A stretch of 40,481 nucleotides of DNA from Planktothrix mougeotii LEGE 06226 (GCF_015207485.1 NZ_JADEWU010000005.1:116508-156988), one strand, 5' to 3'. Shown: positions 19,916 through 28,651, numbered from the stretch's first letter. Numbers and translations are program-made. Notes: generated from the letters alone by a model not told the origin.

Positions 19916-20809
19916 TTAATTAATTTGAATTTTTAAAATAGGCGCATCAAGAATTGTCTGAGCTTTATTTTTTTCATTTTGAGTTTCTTTTAAAGCTGGA
20001 TCAAAACCAATAGATTGTAAGAGTTGATTCCATTGATTTTTAATCGCTACATCTCTGGATTGTTCCAATCGTAAGGTAGCTAAAGTTGCCATTGTTTCAT
20101 ACCAAAGCCCCTGTTGAACATAGATTTTAAGCTTTTCTAAGGGATCTTGAGTTTGTTCTAATTGACGTTTTTGCTCATTCGTTAAAGTGGCTGAATTAAT
20201 CCATCCACTTACAAGAATATCTTTTGAAGAATCACTGACATCGCATTTAATCGTCAGATACCAGCGATAATTTTTATTGTCTTCTAAAGTAATAAATTTA
20301 GAGTTAGGAGACCATTGAATTCCCACAATTCCAGGGCGATCAATATTGAGGGAAAAGGTGGTTTTATAGAGGGTTTTATCGGTTTCATCAGTAATTTCAA
20401 ATTCAGTTACCTTTTGATCGAGTGTCCCTGGAATATAAAGAAAAAAGGCAGGTTGCTTCGACGCTGTGCGCCCCATTGTAGACTCTGGAATTAAGGCAGT
20501 CACTGGACTGGGACAATCTCCACCCCGAGTTCCACCCCCTTCCCGACGCCCCGGTACACCCCGTTGGGGTGGGGTAAAGGCATTCCAATTCGTAAAGGGT
20601 GAATGACCCGTGGGCGAGGAGGGTTCAGAGTTCTGAGCCCTGTCCCCCTGTCGGCGAGTGATTCCCTGCTGTCCATCTCCCTCAATAGGAGGTAAAGATG
20701 CTGAATGGGCGATAGGTACAATTAAACTATTGCCCAAAATGATTGGCAACAGTAACGTTAGTCCAAGTGTTGCACGGTGGAGGAAAAACATTGGCCTAGC
20801 CATAATCAA
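19916..20809 (-). CDS. Secreted hypothetical protein (DUF928-like), upstream of and co-oriented with the TpsB gene
   Basis: It has a signal peptide (MIMARPMFFLHRATLGLTLLLPIILGNSLIVPIAHSA) and a Pro/Gly/Arg-rich segment. The C-terminus is a conserved-looking domain (…WYLTIKCDVSDSSKDILVSGWI…LKIYVQQGLWYETMATLATLR). The DUF928 assignment comes from pattern memory only. No TPS-domain NPNL/NPNGI motifs are present. Confidence 0.5.
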   Translation of the reverse strand: MIMARPMFFLHRATLGLTLLLPIILGNSLIVPIAHSASLPPIEGDGQQGITRRQGDRAQNSEPSSPTGHSPFTNWNAFTPPQRGVPGRREGGGTRGGDCPSPVTALIPESTMGRTASKQPAFFLYIPGTLDQKVTEFEITDETDKTLYKTTFSLNIDRPGIVGIQWSPNSKFITLEDNKNYRWYLTIKCDVSDSSKDILVSGWINSATLTNEQKRQLEQTQDPLEKLKIYVQQGLWYETMATLATLRLEQSRDVAIKNQWNQLLQSIGFDPALKETQNEKNKAQTILDAPILKIQIN

Positions 20810-21006
20810 TGAAGCTCACCGATTAGCAGAGTAGCATTTCTTGACAGAACTATTGTATCCAATGTTCCTGCGAAAGTTGTCAAAATCTGTGCTTAATCTT
20901 AAATGTTTGAGGTGAAATCGGATTTGAGGAAAGGCTTGGTTTTGTTTCCGATGGTTAATCTGAAGTTTGACCTCATACACGCACTGAAGATCGCTATTTT
21001 ATCACC

Positions 21007-22710
21007 ATGACAATTTCTATGAATCTTAACTCACCAACTTTGGGGTACAATACGGGTTTTAAACCCCGAACAATTCGACCGATGGGGGTTTCTGCTTTAT
21101 ATGGGTTAATTGGGGTAGAAAATTCCTTATTTGCCGTTGATACCTTACGGGGATTTTTACTTAAAATTGACCCCAAAACCGATAATGCAACGGTGGTTAA
21201 TCCTGATTTAACGTTAGCATTTAGAGATGTTACAGGTTTAGCTTTTTGGGATAATACGTTGTGGTTTACTCGCGGTCGAGAAGTTTATTATGCTCCCCAG
21301 GTGATTGCAGGGAATTCTATTGTTAATCTTGAGCCTAAATTGTTTTTGGAATTACCTGATGCTGTCACCGGAATTGCGGTTTGGGAATCTACCCTTTATT
21401 TAGCTTGTGATCGACTAGCTTCTATTTTAGTTTATAATCGCAATACCCGAAAGGAAATTACACGCTTTCATTCCCCAGGAATTGGAGTAGAAAATATCAC
21501 GATTAAAAATGAGGAATTATGGGTTTGTGATCGAGAAGAACAAACGGTATATTGTTTAGAACGGGGAACGGGAGAAACGCGATTTAGTGTATTAACGCCC
21601 TTTGAATCTCCCACAGGATTAACCTTTTATACTGATCCTGAAACGGGTGAGGAAGTTCTTTATGTTGCCTATGCTGGGGATGAGCTTTATATTCGAGATA
21701 ATCCCAGTTCCTATGAACAATTTGAATTAGCAAGACGCGATCGAACGTTTATTCATCCCTTATCTTTCTATTATAATGAATCTGAGCATTATGCCACATC
21801 TAATGGCTATTTGATCGAGATGTCTTATGTAGAAGAGTTAGAACCGTTAGATGCGGTTTATATTGAAGATTTGGAATGGCGAATTGCCTTACCGTCTAAT
21901 ACGAAACGGCAAAAAGTTGTGGAAGTGTCTTATATTGGGATTCCCTTTAGGGAAGAAATTGAAGAGGGGGAAAAAGTCGCGGTTTTCAGATTTAATCCGT
22001 TAACTTCAACAGAACGTTTAATTTTTGGTTGGAAAGCTGTGTTGGAAGTTAGAAGTATTAAATATCAAATTAATCCTCGTCAGGTGGAAAATATTCCGCC
22101 TCTGTCACCGGATTTCCCCAAAAAATATTTAGTCGATGATGATCATTTAGCCATGAATACGGCTATTGTTCAAGAAGCCGCCCAAGCTGCAATTCGCCAT
22201 GAAACAAATTTTTTACGGCAACTTTTAAGTATTCGCAATTATGTTTATGATCAGTTATCCTATAGTCTGACTTCTAAGATTGAAAATCCTGATGTGGTTT
22301 TGAAACGAGGGGTGGGTTCCTGTGGGGAATATGTGGGGGTTTTATTAGCTTTAGCCCGATTAAATGGCATTGCTTGTCGCACCATTGGACGGTATAAATG
22401 TCCGCAATTTGCTGACCGTCGAGGGGTGTCTTTAGAACCGGAATATAATCACGTTTGGTTGGAATTTTATATTCCGGGTTTCGGTTGGGTTCCCATGGAA
22501 TCTAACCCTGATGATATTCAAGAAGGAGGGCCCTATCCTTTGCGGTTTTTTATGGGATTAGCTTGGTATCATATTGAAATTGGCAAAGGAATCCGCTTTC
22601 AACGATTAACAAATCAAGGCGTTGATGTTGACCGAGAAAAAGTCTCTGTGGGAACCTTAGCCATTAATCATGTTCGGTTTACCATTTTAGATGAGTTACC
22701 TGCGGTTTAA
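21007..22710 (+). CDS. Transglutaminase-like cysteine-protease-superfamily protein with N-terminal beta-rich (propeller-like) domain
   Basis: The TGase core Cys context is KRGVGSCGEYVGVLLALARLNGIACR. The downstream His is in YNHVWLEFYIPGFGWVPMESNPDD and the Asp in the same stretch. There is no signal peptide. Confidence 0.7.
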   Translation: MTISMNLNSPTLGYNTGFKPRTIRPMGVSALYGLIGVENSLFAVDTLRGFLLKIDPKTDNATVVNPDLTLAFRDVTGLAFWDNTLWFTRGREVYYAPQVIAGNSIVNLEPKLFLELPDAVTGIAVWESTLYLACDRLASILVYNRNTRKEITRFHSPGIGVENITIKNEELWVCDREEQTVYCLERGTGETRFSVLTPFESPTGLTFYTDPETGEEVLYVAYAGDELYIRDNPSSYEQFELARRDRTFIHPLSFYYNESEHYATSNGYLIEMSYVEELEPLDAVYIEDLEWRIALPSNTKRQKVVEVSYIGIPFREEIEEGEKVAVFRFNPLTSTERLIFGWKAVLEVRSIKYQINPRQVENIPPLSPDFPKKYLVDDDHLAMNTAIVQEAAQAAIRHETNFLRQLLSIRNYVYDQLSYSLTSKIENPDVVLKRGVGSCGEYVGVLLALARLNGIACRTIGRYKCPQFADRRGVSLEPEYNHVWLEFYIPGFGWVPMESNPDDIQEGGPYPLRFFMGLAWYHIEIGKGIRFQRLTNQGVDVDREKVSVGTLAINHVRFTILDELPAV

Positions 22711-22872
22711 ACGGTAAAAACTCGGTTTCTGCTATAATCTTGTTGCTGAAAATTAAGCTTTTGATAGAAACTGGGTTTTTGGGTTGTAGGAGGGGTGATG
22801 ATCATTGAATTGATGTCATCTCTCCTACATTTTGAATTAAAATAGATAAAAACTGCTTTTTGAATTGACCTA

Positions 22873-23022
22873 TGGAAATTTTACAACAGTTGACAATTGT
22901 TGATATTTTGGTATTGGTTGCGTTCTCTCTGCTGATTATTTTTACTGGGGGTGTAATTTATTTAACCCTCGCCGAATGGCGCGATCGCAGACGTAGAGAA
23001 GAAGAAAAACGTCTACGTTAAA
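22873..23022 (+). CDS. Small single-TM protein (49 aa) with basic/acidic C-terminal tail, absent from the supplied ORF track, presumably because of a length cutoff
   Basis: The sequence is MEILQQLTIVDILVLVAFSLLIIFTGGVIYLTLAEWRDRRRREEEKRLR*. It has a clean hydrophobic helix followed by a charged tail. It is intergenic and does not overlap other CDS. Confidence 0.45.
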
Positions 23023-23044
23023 TAATAGGTAATGGGTAATGGGG

Positions 23045-23114
23045 ATCACGGATTTAAGAGGATTTCACGGATTTTAATCTGTGTTAATCTGCGTCATCCG
23101 CTTAAATCCGTGAA
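23045..23114. repeat. CACGGATTT motif x3 (two direct, one inverted), forming an 11-bp stem / 30-nt loop hairpin; possible bidirectional terminator or protein-binding site
   Basis: Copies are atcacggattt (23045-55), ttcacggattt (23063-73) and the reverse-complement copy aaatccgtgaa (23104-14). They sit between the 3' ends of the small TM gene (+) and the HTH gene (-). Confidence 0.4.
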
Positions 23115-23131
23115 AAGAAGTATTTTACCTA

Positions 23132-23863
23132 TTATAATTCACGCAATATTGTTTCGATCACCACATCGGGAAGACCAAGCAATTGAGCAATTTGGCATAG
23201 TTCGATACCTTGACTGTGCAATTTGCAAACGACATCAGCGACATCAATTTCGAGACGTTCGATCTGAGTTTTGAATCTGGAGTCAGTAGGATCATTATTG
23301 TCAGAGTCGCTAGGCGGAGAAAGACAGGGGTTGAGGTTGAGGGTGTGGACGTATTCGACATATTGAATATAATCTCTGCCGAAGTTTGAATTATTGCTAA
23401 TATTTCTGCGATCTATAGCAGCTTTGAGATTACCTTTTTGCATATCTTCATCCATAACTACCGAGAGAGTTTTGAGTAACTTGTAGCCGACTTCTCGGAC
23501 ATATTTGGTAGTGTAGCGGGTGTCACGGGCTATCGCTTCGTAGGTTTTGCCATCATACATTCCCTGAAACACTAGCTGTTGTAGCGTGTTGAGATGTTTG
23601 CCCGTTTTCTCGAAGATCAGGCAATCGACCAATTTCAGCAGTTCGTTTTCGTCAGGGACGGCTTGCAACGGGCGATCCTCCTTGGGGAGCTTATGTTGAG
23701 TCAAGGAAAAATAAAATTGTGTAAAACTTCGGGCTTTTTCAGGCTTTTTCAGGCTTTTTTGGTCAAGACAAATGCAATCAAGGTCAGGTATAGTAGTCAC
23801 AAATTTATCTGAGCGAAAGTGAGACACAATGCCTGACAATTTAGCTTTGTTAGAAAAGAACAA
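23132..23863 (-). CDS. Putative HTH transcriptional regulator (sigma-70 region-4/LuxR-like helix-turn-helix)
   Basis: LNTLQQLVFQGMYDGKTYEAIARDTRYTTKYVREVGYKLLKTL resembles sigma-70 r4/ECF-type HTH (L.ERQR.V..L...EG.SYEEIA..LG.S.GTVKSR...A.KKL). A second helical HTH-like segment is near the C-terminus. The true start may be the internal TTG at 23668, preceded by AAGGAGG at an 8-nt spacing. That start would remove the 35-bp overlap with the divergent RTX gene. Confidence 0.5.
   Translation of the reverse strand: MFFSNKAKLSGIVSHFRSDKFVTTIPDLDCICLDQKSLKKPEKARSFTQFYFSLTQHKLPKEDRPLQAVPDENELLKLVDCLIFEKTGKHLNTLQQLVFQGMYDGKTYEAIARDTRYTTKYVREVGYKLLKTLSVVMDEDMQKGNLKAAIDRRNISNNSNFGRDYIQYVEYVHTLNLNPCLSPPSDSDNNDPTDSRFKTQIERLEIDVADVVCKLHSQGIELCQIAQLLGLPDVVIETILREL
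23731..23760. repeat. 10-bp tandem repeat x3 ((G/A)GGCTTTTTC) in the divergent intergenic region between the HTH gene and the RTX gene
   Basis: I read it directly: gggctttttc aggctttttc aggctttttt. Confidence 0.55.
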
Positions 23864-26105
23864 TGACTTACTGAATGGTAGCAGTGCAGAAAGTCAGGAG
23901 GATTGCGGCTGTCCCTTCAAAAAAGCCCCGACGGTCGAAGCGGTATCGAATGCTCAGAATGTCCAGAGTATCCTTAACTTTGGGAGTAACGATACGCTAG
24001 AAGGCTCTGTCACGCAAGAGATATTAAATGCTAACACAGGAAGTGAATTTCTCCCCAGTTCTGCTGCGAATATCAGGCGATCGGCTTCTCAAGTCGGTGG
24101 TGGCTCACTTTCGAGCGATGGTAGTGCATATATTTTAACCGAGGGAAGCGACACATTTACGATTCCCCTTGGCTTGCTCGATACTCTATTGGGCGGTTTG
24201 CGGGGTTTAGGCGGTGCGGATTCGATTACGGGTTCGGAATCTGGGGATATCGTCTATGGCGATGAAGGGGATGACAGAATTGAGGGCCTCGGTGGTGCTG
24301 ATTTGTTCTACGGTGGTGCGGGCAACGATTTTCTGAGTGGCGGTGCGGGTCAAAATGGTCTCCTTGGCGGTGATGGTGCAGACACTTTGCAGGGTGGTGA
24401 AAGTGCTGATGGTGTCAATGGAAATATGGGTGATGACGTAATTTTAGGTGCAGGCGGAAACGACTTTTTGCGGGGTGGTCGCGGTAACGATATTGTCAAT
24501 GGGGAAGATGGGGATGACTTAGTAATCGGCGATTTTGGCAATGATACTTTGACTGGTGGTGCGGGTCAAGATGTGTTTTTTCTGCGCCATGAGGAGGCTT
24601 TAGGCTCTCCTACTTTTGATTTAATTACCGACTTTCAAAGAACAATTGATTTCATCGGACTTAGTACAAATCTTCGGGAATCTGATGTTATTTTGGAGTC
24701 GAAAGTGCAGCCTTCTGGTGGTTCGGCTGTGGATATTAAAGTGGCTGCAACAGGGACTTTGTTAGGTACAGTTTTGGGAGTCGCACCAGAGGATTTAAGA
24801 GGTCGATTCAGACCTTATGATGTGGAAGGAGAGCGTCCTGAAGATGTAGCGACAATTGATTTACCAGAAGTAACAAAGCTATCTGAAAATAGATTTCAGA
24901 TGGAATTTCCGGCGAGTGATGGTAGCAAATATACAGTTATTTTTCAAGATGATGCTGACGGACGTTTCGTAGAATCAGTTATATTTGTACCCAATCCTAC
25001 AACGGGTGTTCGTGGTAGTACAACGCTTTTCAATCGAGATGGTACACAGGCGGATATCACTCTTGAAGGCTCTAATGAAACTGTACGAGTTGAGAATCAA
25101 AAGAGTCAAGAACCTGGAAAGCCGGATCAAGGTGTTATATCGCGGATCAAAGATGGTCAGATTTTTGATACTGTAACTTTTCCTCTGCCAATTGAGCCGA
25201 CCGTACCTCCTAATCCTGAGCCACCAGTTACTCCTCCCCCAGTTGGGCCAGATTTTGCGAAAGCTTGTGATTCGGTTAAAGACTTTTGCATGAAAGTTAA
25301 CGACCTGGGTAAAGTGATTGATACAGTTGCTCTTGGGTTGGCAGTTGGTGGTGTAGTATTTCTTCCCCTTGAACTTGCTGCCGGAGCAGCGGAGGCAGTG
25401 GCTATTTCACTTAAAGTCGTTAAGTACAGTTGTATATTGCTTACGGGTAGTGATATGGATTTAGGTTTGAGTGCGATTAGTGATTTGTTTGGACAGGTAG
25501 TTAAGAGGTCTGGCGACCTGGAGGAATTAGCCCAACCAGATTACAAACAAATAAACGAGATCAGGTATTCTGGTGCTATGCTCATTGATTCATTTCGGGA
25601 AAAGGAGCCAACAGCCTCTAAATTAGACTTTTTGCCTCAGTTCCGAAAGTGGCTTACTGACAAGACGGGTAAGCCATTTGACTTTTGTGATAAACCTGCG
25701 ACTACTCCTGAACCAGAACCAACTTGTTTGCCAGGAGGAGGTTCAGACATTAAAGTAGAACTCATCCCTGACCGCATCCCCTACGGACAAACGGCACAAT
25801 ACACAATGACATACTGCGATCCACAAAATGACATAGACAATTTTCTCGTAGAACTTAATACAAGAAGTGGAACACAAACCAAAATCATTCCCGTTTCATC
25901 TTCCAGTGGAACGATAAGTTTTGGGATACGAAACAAGCCAAACGCTTTTGGGGACTGTTTTACATCAGGTCAATACGTGAGTGTTTCAGCTAGAAGTGGC
26001 AGTCGTGACTTAAATTCTATTGCAAATTTCACAAATTTTGGTCTTGATGGTGGATTAACTGGTAGATTCGACATTAACGGTGTGTGTGATGTAGAGTTGG
26101 TTTAA
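23829..26105 (+). CDS. RTX (hemolysin-type) calcium-binding nonapeptide-repeat protein with Pro-rich linker and C-terminal domain containing a hydrophobic segment
   Basis: GGxGxDxUx repeats are present: GGADSITGSESGDIVYGDEGDDRIEGLGGADLFYGGAGNDFLSGGAGQNGLLGGDGADTLQGGESADGVNGNMGDDVILGAGGNDFLRGGRGNDIVNGEDGDDLVIGDFGNDTLTGGAGQD. The linker is PPNPEPPVTPPPVGP. There is no N-terminal signal peptide. GC content is locally higher. Confidence 0.75.
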   Translation: MPDNLALLEKNNDLLNGSSAESQEDCGCPFKKAPTVEAVSNAQNVQSILNFGSNDTLEGSVTQEILNANTGSEFLPSSAANIRRSASQVGGGSLSSDGSAYILTEGSDTFTIPLGLLDTLLGGLRGLGGADSITGSESGDIVYGDEGDDRIEGLGGADLFYGGAGNDFLSGGAGQNGLLGGDGADTLQGGESADGVNGNMGDDVILGAGGNDFLRGGRGNDIVNGEDGDDLVIGDFGNDTLTGGAGQDVFFLRHEEALGSPTFDLITDFQRTIDFIGLSTNLRESDVILESKVQPSGGSAVDIKVAATGTLLGTVLGVAPEDLRGRFRPYDVEGERPEDVATIDLPEVTKLSENRFQMEFPASDGSKYTVIFQDDADGRFVESVIFVPNPTTGVRGSTTLFNRDGTQADITLEGSNETVRVENQKSQEPGKPDQGVISRIKDGQIFDTVTFPLPIEPTVPPNPEPPVTPPPVGPDFAKACDSVKDFCMKVNDLGKVIDTVALGLAVGGVVFLPLELAAGAAEAVAISLKVVKYSCILLTGSDMDLGLSAISDLFGQVVKRSGDLEELAQPDYKQINEIRYSGAMLIDSFREKEPTASKLDFLPQFRKWLTDKTGKPFDFCDKPATTPEPEPTCLPGGGSDIKVELIPDRIPYGQTAQYTMTYCDPQNDIDNFLVELNTRSGTQTKIIPVSSSSGTISFGIRNKPNAFGDCFTSGQYVSVSARSGSRDLNSIANFTNFGLDGGLTGRFDINGVCDVELV

Positions 26106-26130
26106 GGGCGATCGCTATTCAATACAATTT

Positions 26131-26326
26131 GTAGGGGCGGGTTCACCGATCAATTATGTCACCCACTAATAACCTTAATAAACCCGCCCTCACCCAACAA
26201 ATAAACCCGAATAACTATCACTGAATAACCATTAAATTGAATTAATTGTTGATTTTTCGGTGGGGTAGGGGCGGGTTTTTATAATTTGTTGATGGGTGTC
26301 AAATATTCAGGCGAACCCGCCCCTAC
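26131..26326. repeat. Two pairs of GTAGGGGCGGGTT / AACCCGCCCCTAC inverted repeats (one perfect 13-bp pair, one imperfect), MITE/REP-like palindromic element
   Basis: F1 is at 26131-43, R1 (imperfect) at 26180-94, F2 at 26266-78 and R2 at 26314-26. The F2/R2 pair is a perfect reverse complement separated by 35 nt. Confidence 0.5.
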
Positions 26327-26369
26327 AGGCTAGGTACAATAGATATGGTAAAATGATGTTCAATCGGGC

Positions 26370-26870
26370 GTGATCGCTCTTTTCCGTGAAAGTTGTAATC
26401 AATCTAAAATGCTACCGAGAGATATAATCATGACATCAACTATCAAAGAACCAATGGGAAAAATTACCACAACGTTGACAATCACAAATCGGCTAGACCA
26501 AGGTAAGGCGGAAGATAATCTAATTCCTGCCGATCAAGTCCGTTCTATTACAATAAAAGATGTGCTGGTAGATACGGGAGCAACTACTTTATGCTTGCCG
26601 CAGGATGCGATCGCTCAACTCGGTTTAAAACTTCTGAAAACAGTACCTGTAGCAACGGCAACTGGTATCGGTACGGCACGCATTTTTGAAGATGCAAAAA
26701 TTTCATTAATGGGAAGAGACGCAACTTTTGAGTGCATAGAATTGCCCGCAGGAGCAGATCCGTTATTGGGCGTTATCCCCTTAGAAGCTTTGGGTATTGA
26801 ATTAGATTTGCAGAAACAAACTCTCGTGCTTTTGCCACTGAGTCCTACAGCCAGTTATTTAAGAATTTGA
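26370..26870 (+). CDS. Retropepsin-like (clan AA) aspartic protease
   Basis: The catalytic DTGAT motif sits in IKDVLVDTGATTLCLPQD and the C-terminus is …GVIPLEALGIELDLQKQTLVL. The real start is probably the internal ATG at 26430 (MTSTIKEP…). Confidence 0.7.
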   Translation: MIALFRESCNQSKMLPRDIIMTSTIKEPMGKITTTLTITNRLDQGKAEDNLIPADQVRSITIKDVLVDTGATTLCLPQDAIAQLGLKLLKTVPVATATGIGTARIFEDAKISLMGRDATFECIELPAGADPLLGVIPLEALGIELDLQKQTLVLLPLSPTASYLRI

Positions 26871-26971
26871 ATTTTGTTTTAATGTCTGATCGACTTTTAT
26901 TATTCAGAGATAGTATTTGGATTGATCGGCAAACCGCAGCAAAATATTCGTATCCACAAGGCATAACATTG

Positions 26972-27247
26972 CTATGAATGATCCTCATAGATACCAGCAC
27001 GACTGACCGCAAAATCCGATAGCGTAGGGACATTTACTTTCCTGTTTTTAATGAACTCATCAGCCAATTCATCTAAAAGTATTTCAAACTCGTGATCGCC
27101 GATCTCTGCATCAGAATCACTTACTGTTGATAACAGGCTCGGTGCTGACTGCCAATTTAGGAAATCAACAAAGGTAAGAACAACTTCTAGTTGCGGTTTA
27201 CCTAAATAACGCAGCTTACTTACAATGGTTTCAATTACAGCTTCCAT
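26972..27247 (-). CDS. DUF2281-like small protein (antitoxin-like)
   Basis: MEAVIETIVSKLRYLGKPQLEVVLTFVDFLNWQ matches the L..LP...Q.EVLDFVEFL pattern of DUF2281. An acidic C-terminal tail follows. No cognate toxin is downstream. Confidence 0.4.
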   Translation of the reverse strand: MEAVIETIVSKLRYLGKPQLEVVLTFVDFLNWQSAPSLLSTVSDSDAEIGDHEFEILLDELADEFIKNRKVNVPTLSDFAVSRAGIYEDHS

Positions 27248-27505
27248 ACATTTATAGCTGAACTTTAATAGTGATTAATTTCATACAATTATAGCAGAAA
27301 TATTAAATATGGCTATATAGTTGGTGCTAACCCAGCCCCTGTCAGTGGGTGTTAAATATCTGGGCGAAACCAACCTGCAAGGTATGGGCTACTTTAGATT
27401 GCCCCTCTTTTCCCCTGTACTTGCAAATAACTGCTATGAAAGATTTAATCCAACAGAAATCGGCATTAGTGAATATGCAAAACTCCTAAAACATGAAGAT
27501 TTAGT

Positions 27506-27586
27506 ATGACAATCAGACGAGGTGAAATTTGGATTACCAACTTCGATATTCCGTTGCATTCTGTTATCAAATTAATGAAATAAATT
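27506..27586 (+). pseudogene. Truncated MazF/PemK-like toxin remnant (26 codons)
   Basis: MTIRRGEIWITNFDIP… resembles the MazF/PemK N-terminus (RGEIWLVDFDP). It ends after 26 aa, abutting the UbiA gene stop. Its ATG overlaps the TGA of the upstream 62-aa ORF 27321..27509 (ATGA), a TA-like arrangement. Confidence 0.3.
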
Positions 27587-28651
27587 AATCTTAAAATACA
27601 AGATTGCTAAGTAGCAAATTAGCCAAATCATTAAACTTAATTTAATCGTAGTATCTTGAATTAAAATTCGGCTGGGTTCTTCACCTTCTGCTAACACTGT
27701 GACTAACCATTTATAGTGCATTACGGCATAATAAACAATCGGAACGGTAATCACTAACGAGGGATTTTTACCTGATGTTATTGTAAATAAAGCATAGCAC
27801 ATAATGGTCATTGTTGCTGTGCTATTGAGTAGAGAATCTAAATAAGGTAAGGTGTATTGAGAGAGAACTGGACGTTGTTGGTTTTTTCTACCTCGTTGAT
27901 AAAATAAGTGTAAATAAGAACGTTCTAACGGTGCTGATTTTATATCTTCTTGAGGTAGATTTTCAGACTCTAAACTGTCTTGATGGTTTTGAAAATGCAA
28001 GAGAGATAAAAGTTCAGAACGCCGTTTAGAAAACCCTAAAAATAAAGTTAGAAAAAAGGTACATAAAACAATCCAAGCCGTCGGCATATCTCCTAACGCA
28101 TAAATTCCTGCTAATAGCCTTAATACAAACCCAAAGGCAATACAATTAACATCAAATAAAGGTATATTTTTTAATTTTAGAGAATAAGCAATATTGTTAA
28201 TAGCGTAAAGTAAAATGCAAATTAATGTGGGAACTCCTAAAAAATATGCACCCCATAGGGAAATGATTGCTAAAGGAATTGCGATCACGAATCCCATTTT
28301 AACTGAAACTTGACCACTCGCAAGGGGACGATACTTTTTTTTCGGATGCAGGCGATCGCGTTCTCGATCTTGAATATCATTAAAAATATAAATAGCTGAT
28401 GCCATTGCTGAGAAAAAAATTACCGTTAATCCTGATAGCCAAATGCTCTGGGGCTGTAATAGTCTACCCCCAAACAAAAGTCCGGCTAAACAGAATAAAT
28501 TTTTTGTCCATTGGTGGGGGCGCAGAAGTTTAATTAGGGGGGGAATAGTTTTAGATGGAGTTGGTTTAAATAAAGGATCAGTCGTCTCAGAAATTGTCTC
28601 TAATACAGAAGTAGAATCACCCGAATAATGGTCTTGATTTGCTGGTTTCAT
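27572..28651 (-). CDS. UbiA-family prenyltransferase, decaprenyl-phosphate phosphoribosyltransferase (DPPR synthase)-like
   Basis: NDIQDRERDRLHPKKKYRPLASGQVS matches the DPPR-synthase subfamily motif (NDxxDxExDRxHPxKxxRPhAxG). There are 8-9 predicted TM helices and an N-terminal soluble extension. Confidence 0.7.
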   Translation of the reverse strand: MKPANQDHYSGDSTSVLETISETTDPLFKPTPSKTIPPLIKLLRPHQWTKNLFCLAGLLFGGRLLQPQSIWLSGLTVIFFSAMASAIYIFNDIQDRERDRLHPKKKYRPLASGQVSVKMGFVIAIPLAIISLWGAYFLGVPTLICILLYAINNIAYSLKLKNIPLFDVNCIAFGFVLRLLAGIYALGDMPTAWIVLCTFFLTLFLGFSKRRSELLSLLHFQNHQDSLESENLPQEDIKSAPLERSYLHLFYQRGRKNQQRPVLSQYTLPYLDSLLNSTATMTIMCYALFTITSGKNPSLVITVPIVYYAVMHYKWLVTVLAEGEEPSRILIQDTTIKLSLMIWLICYLAILYFKINLFH

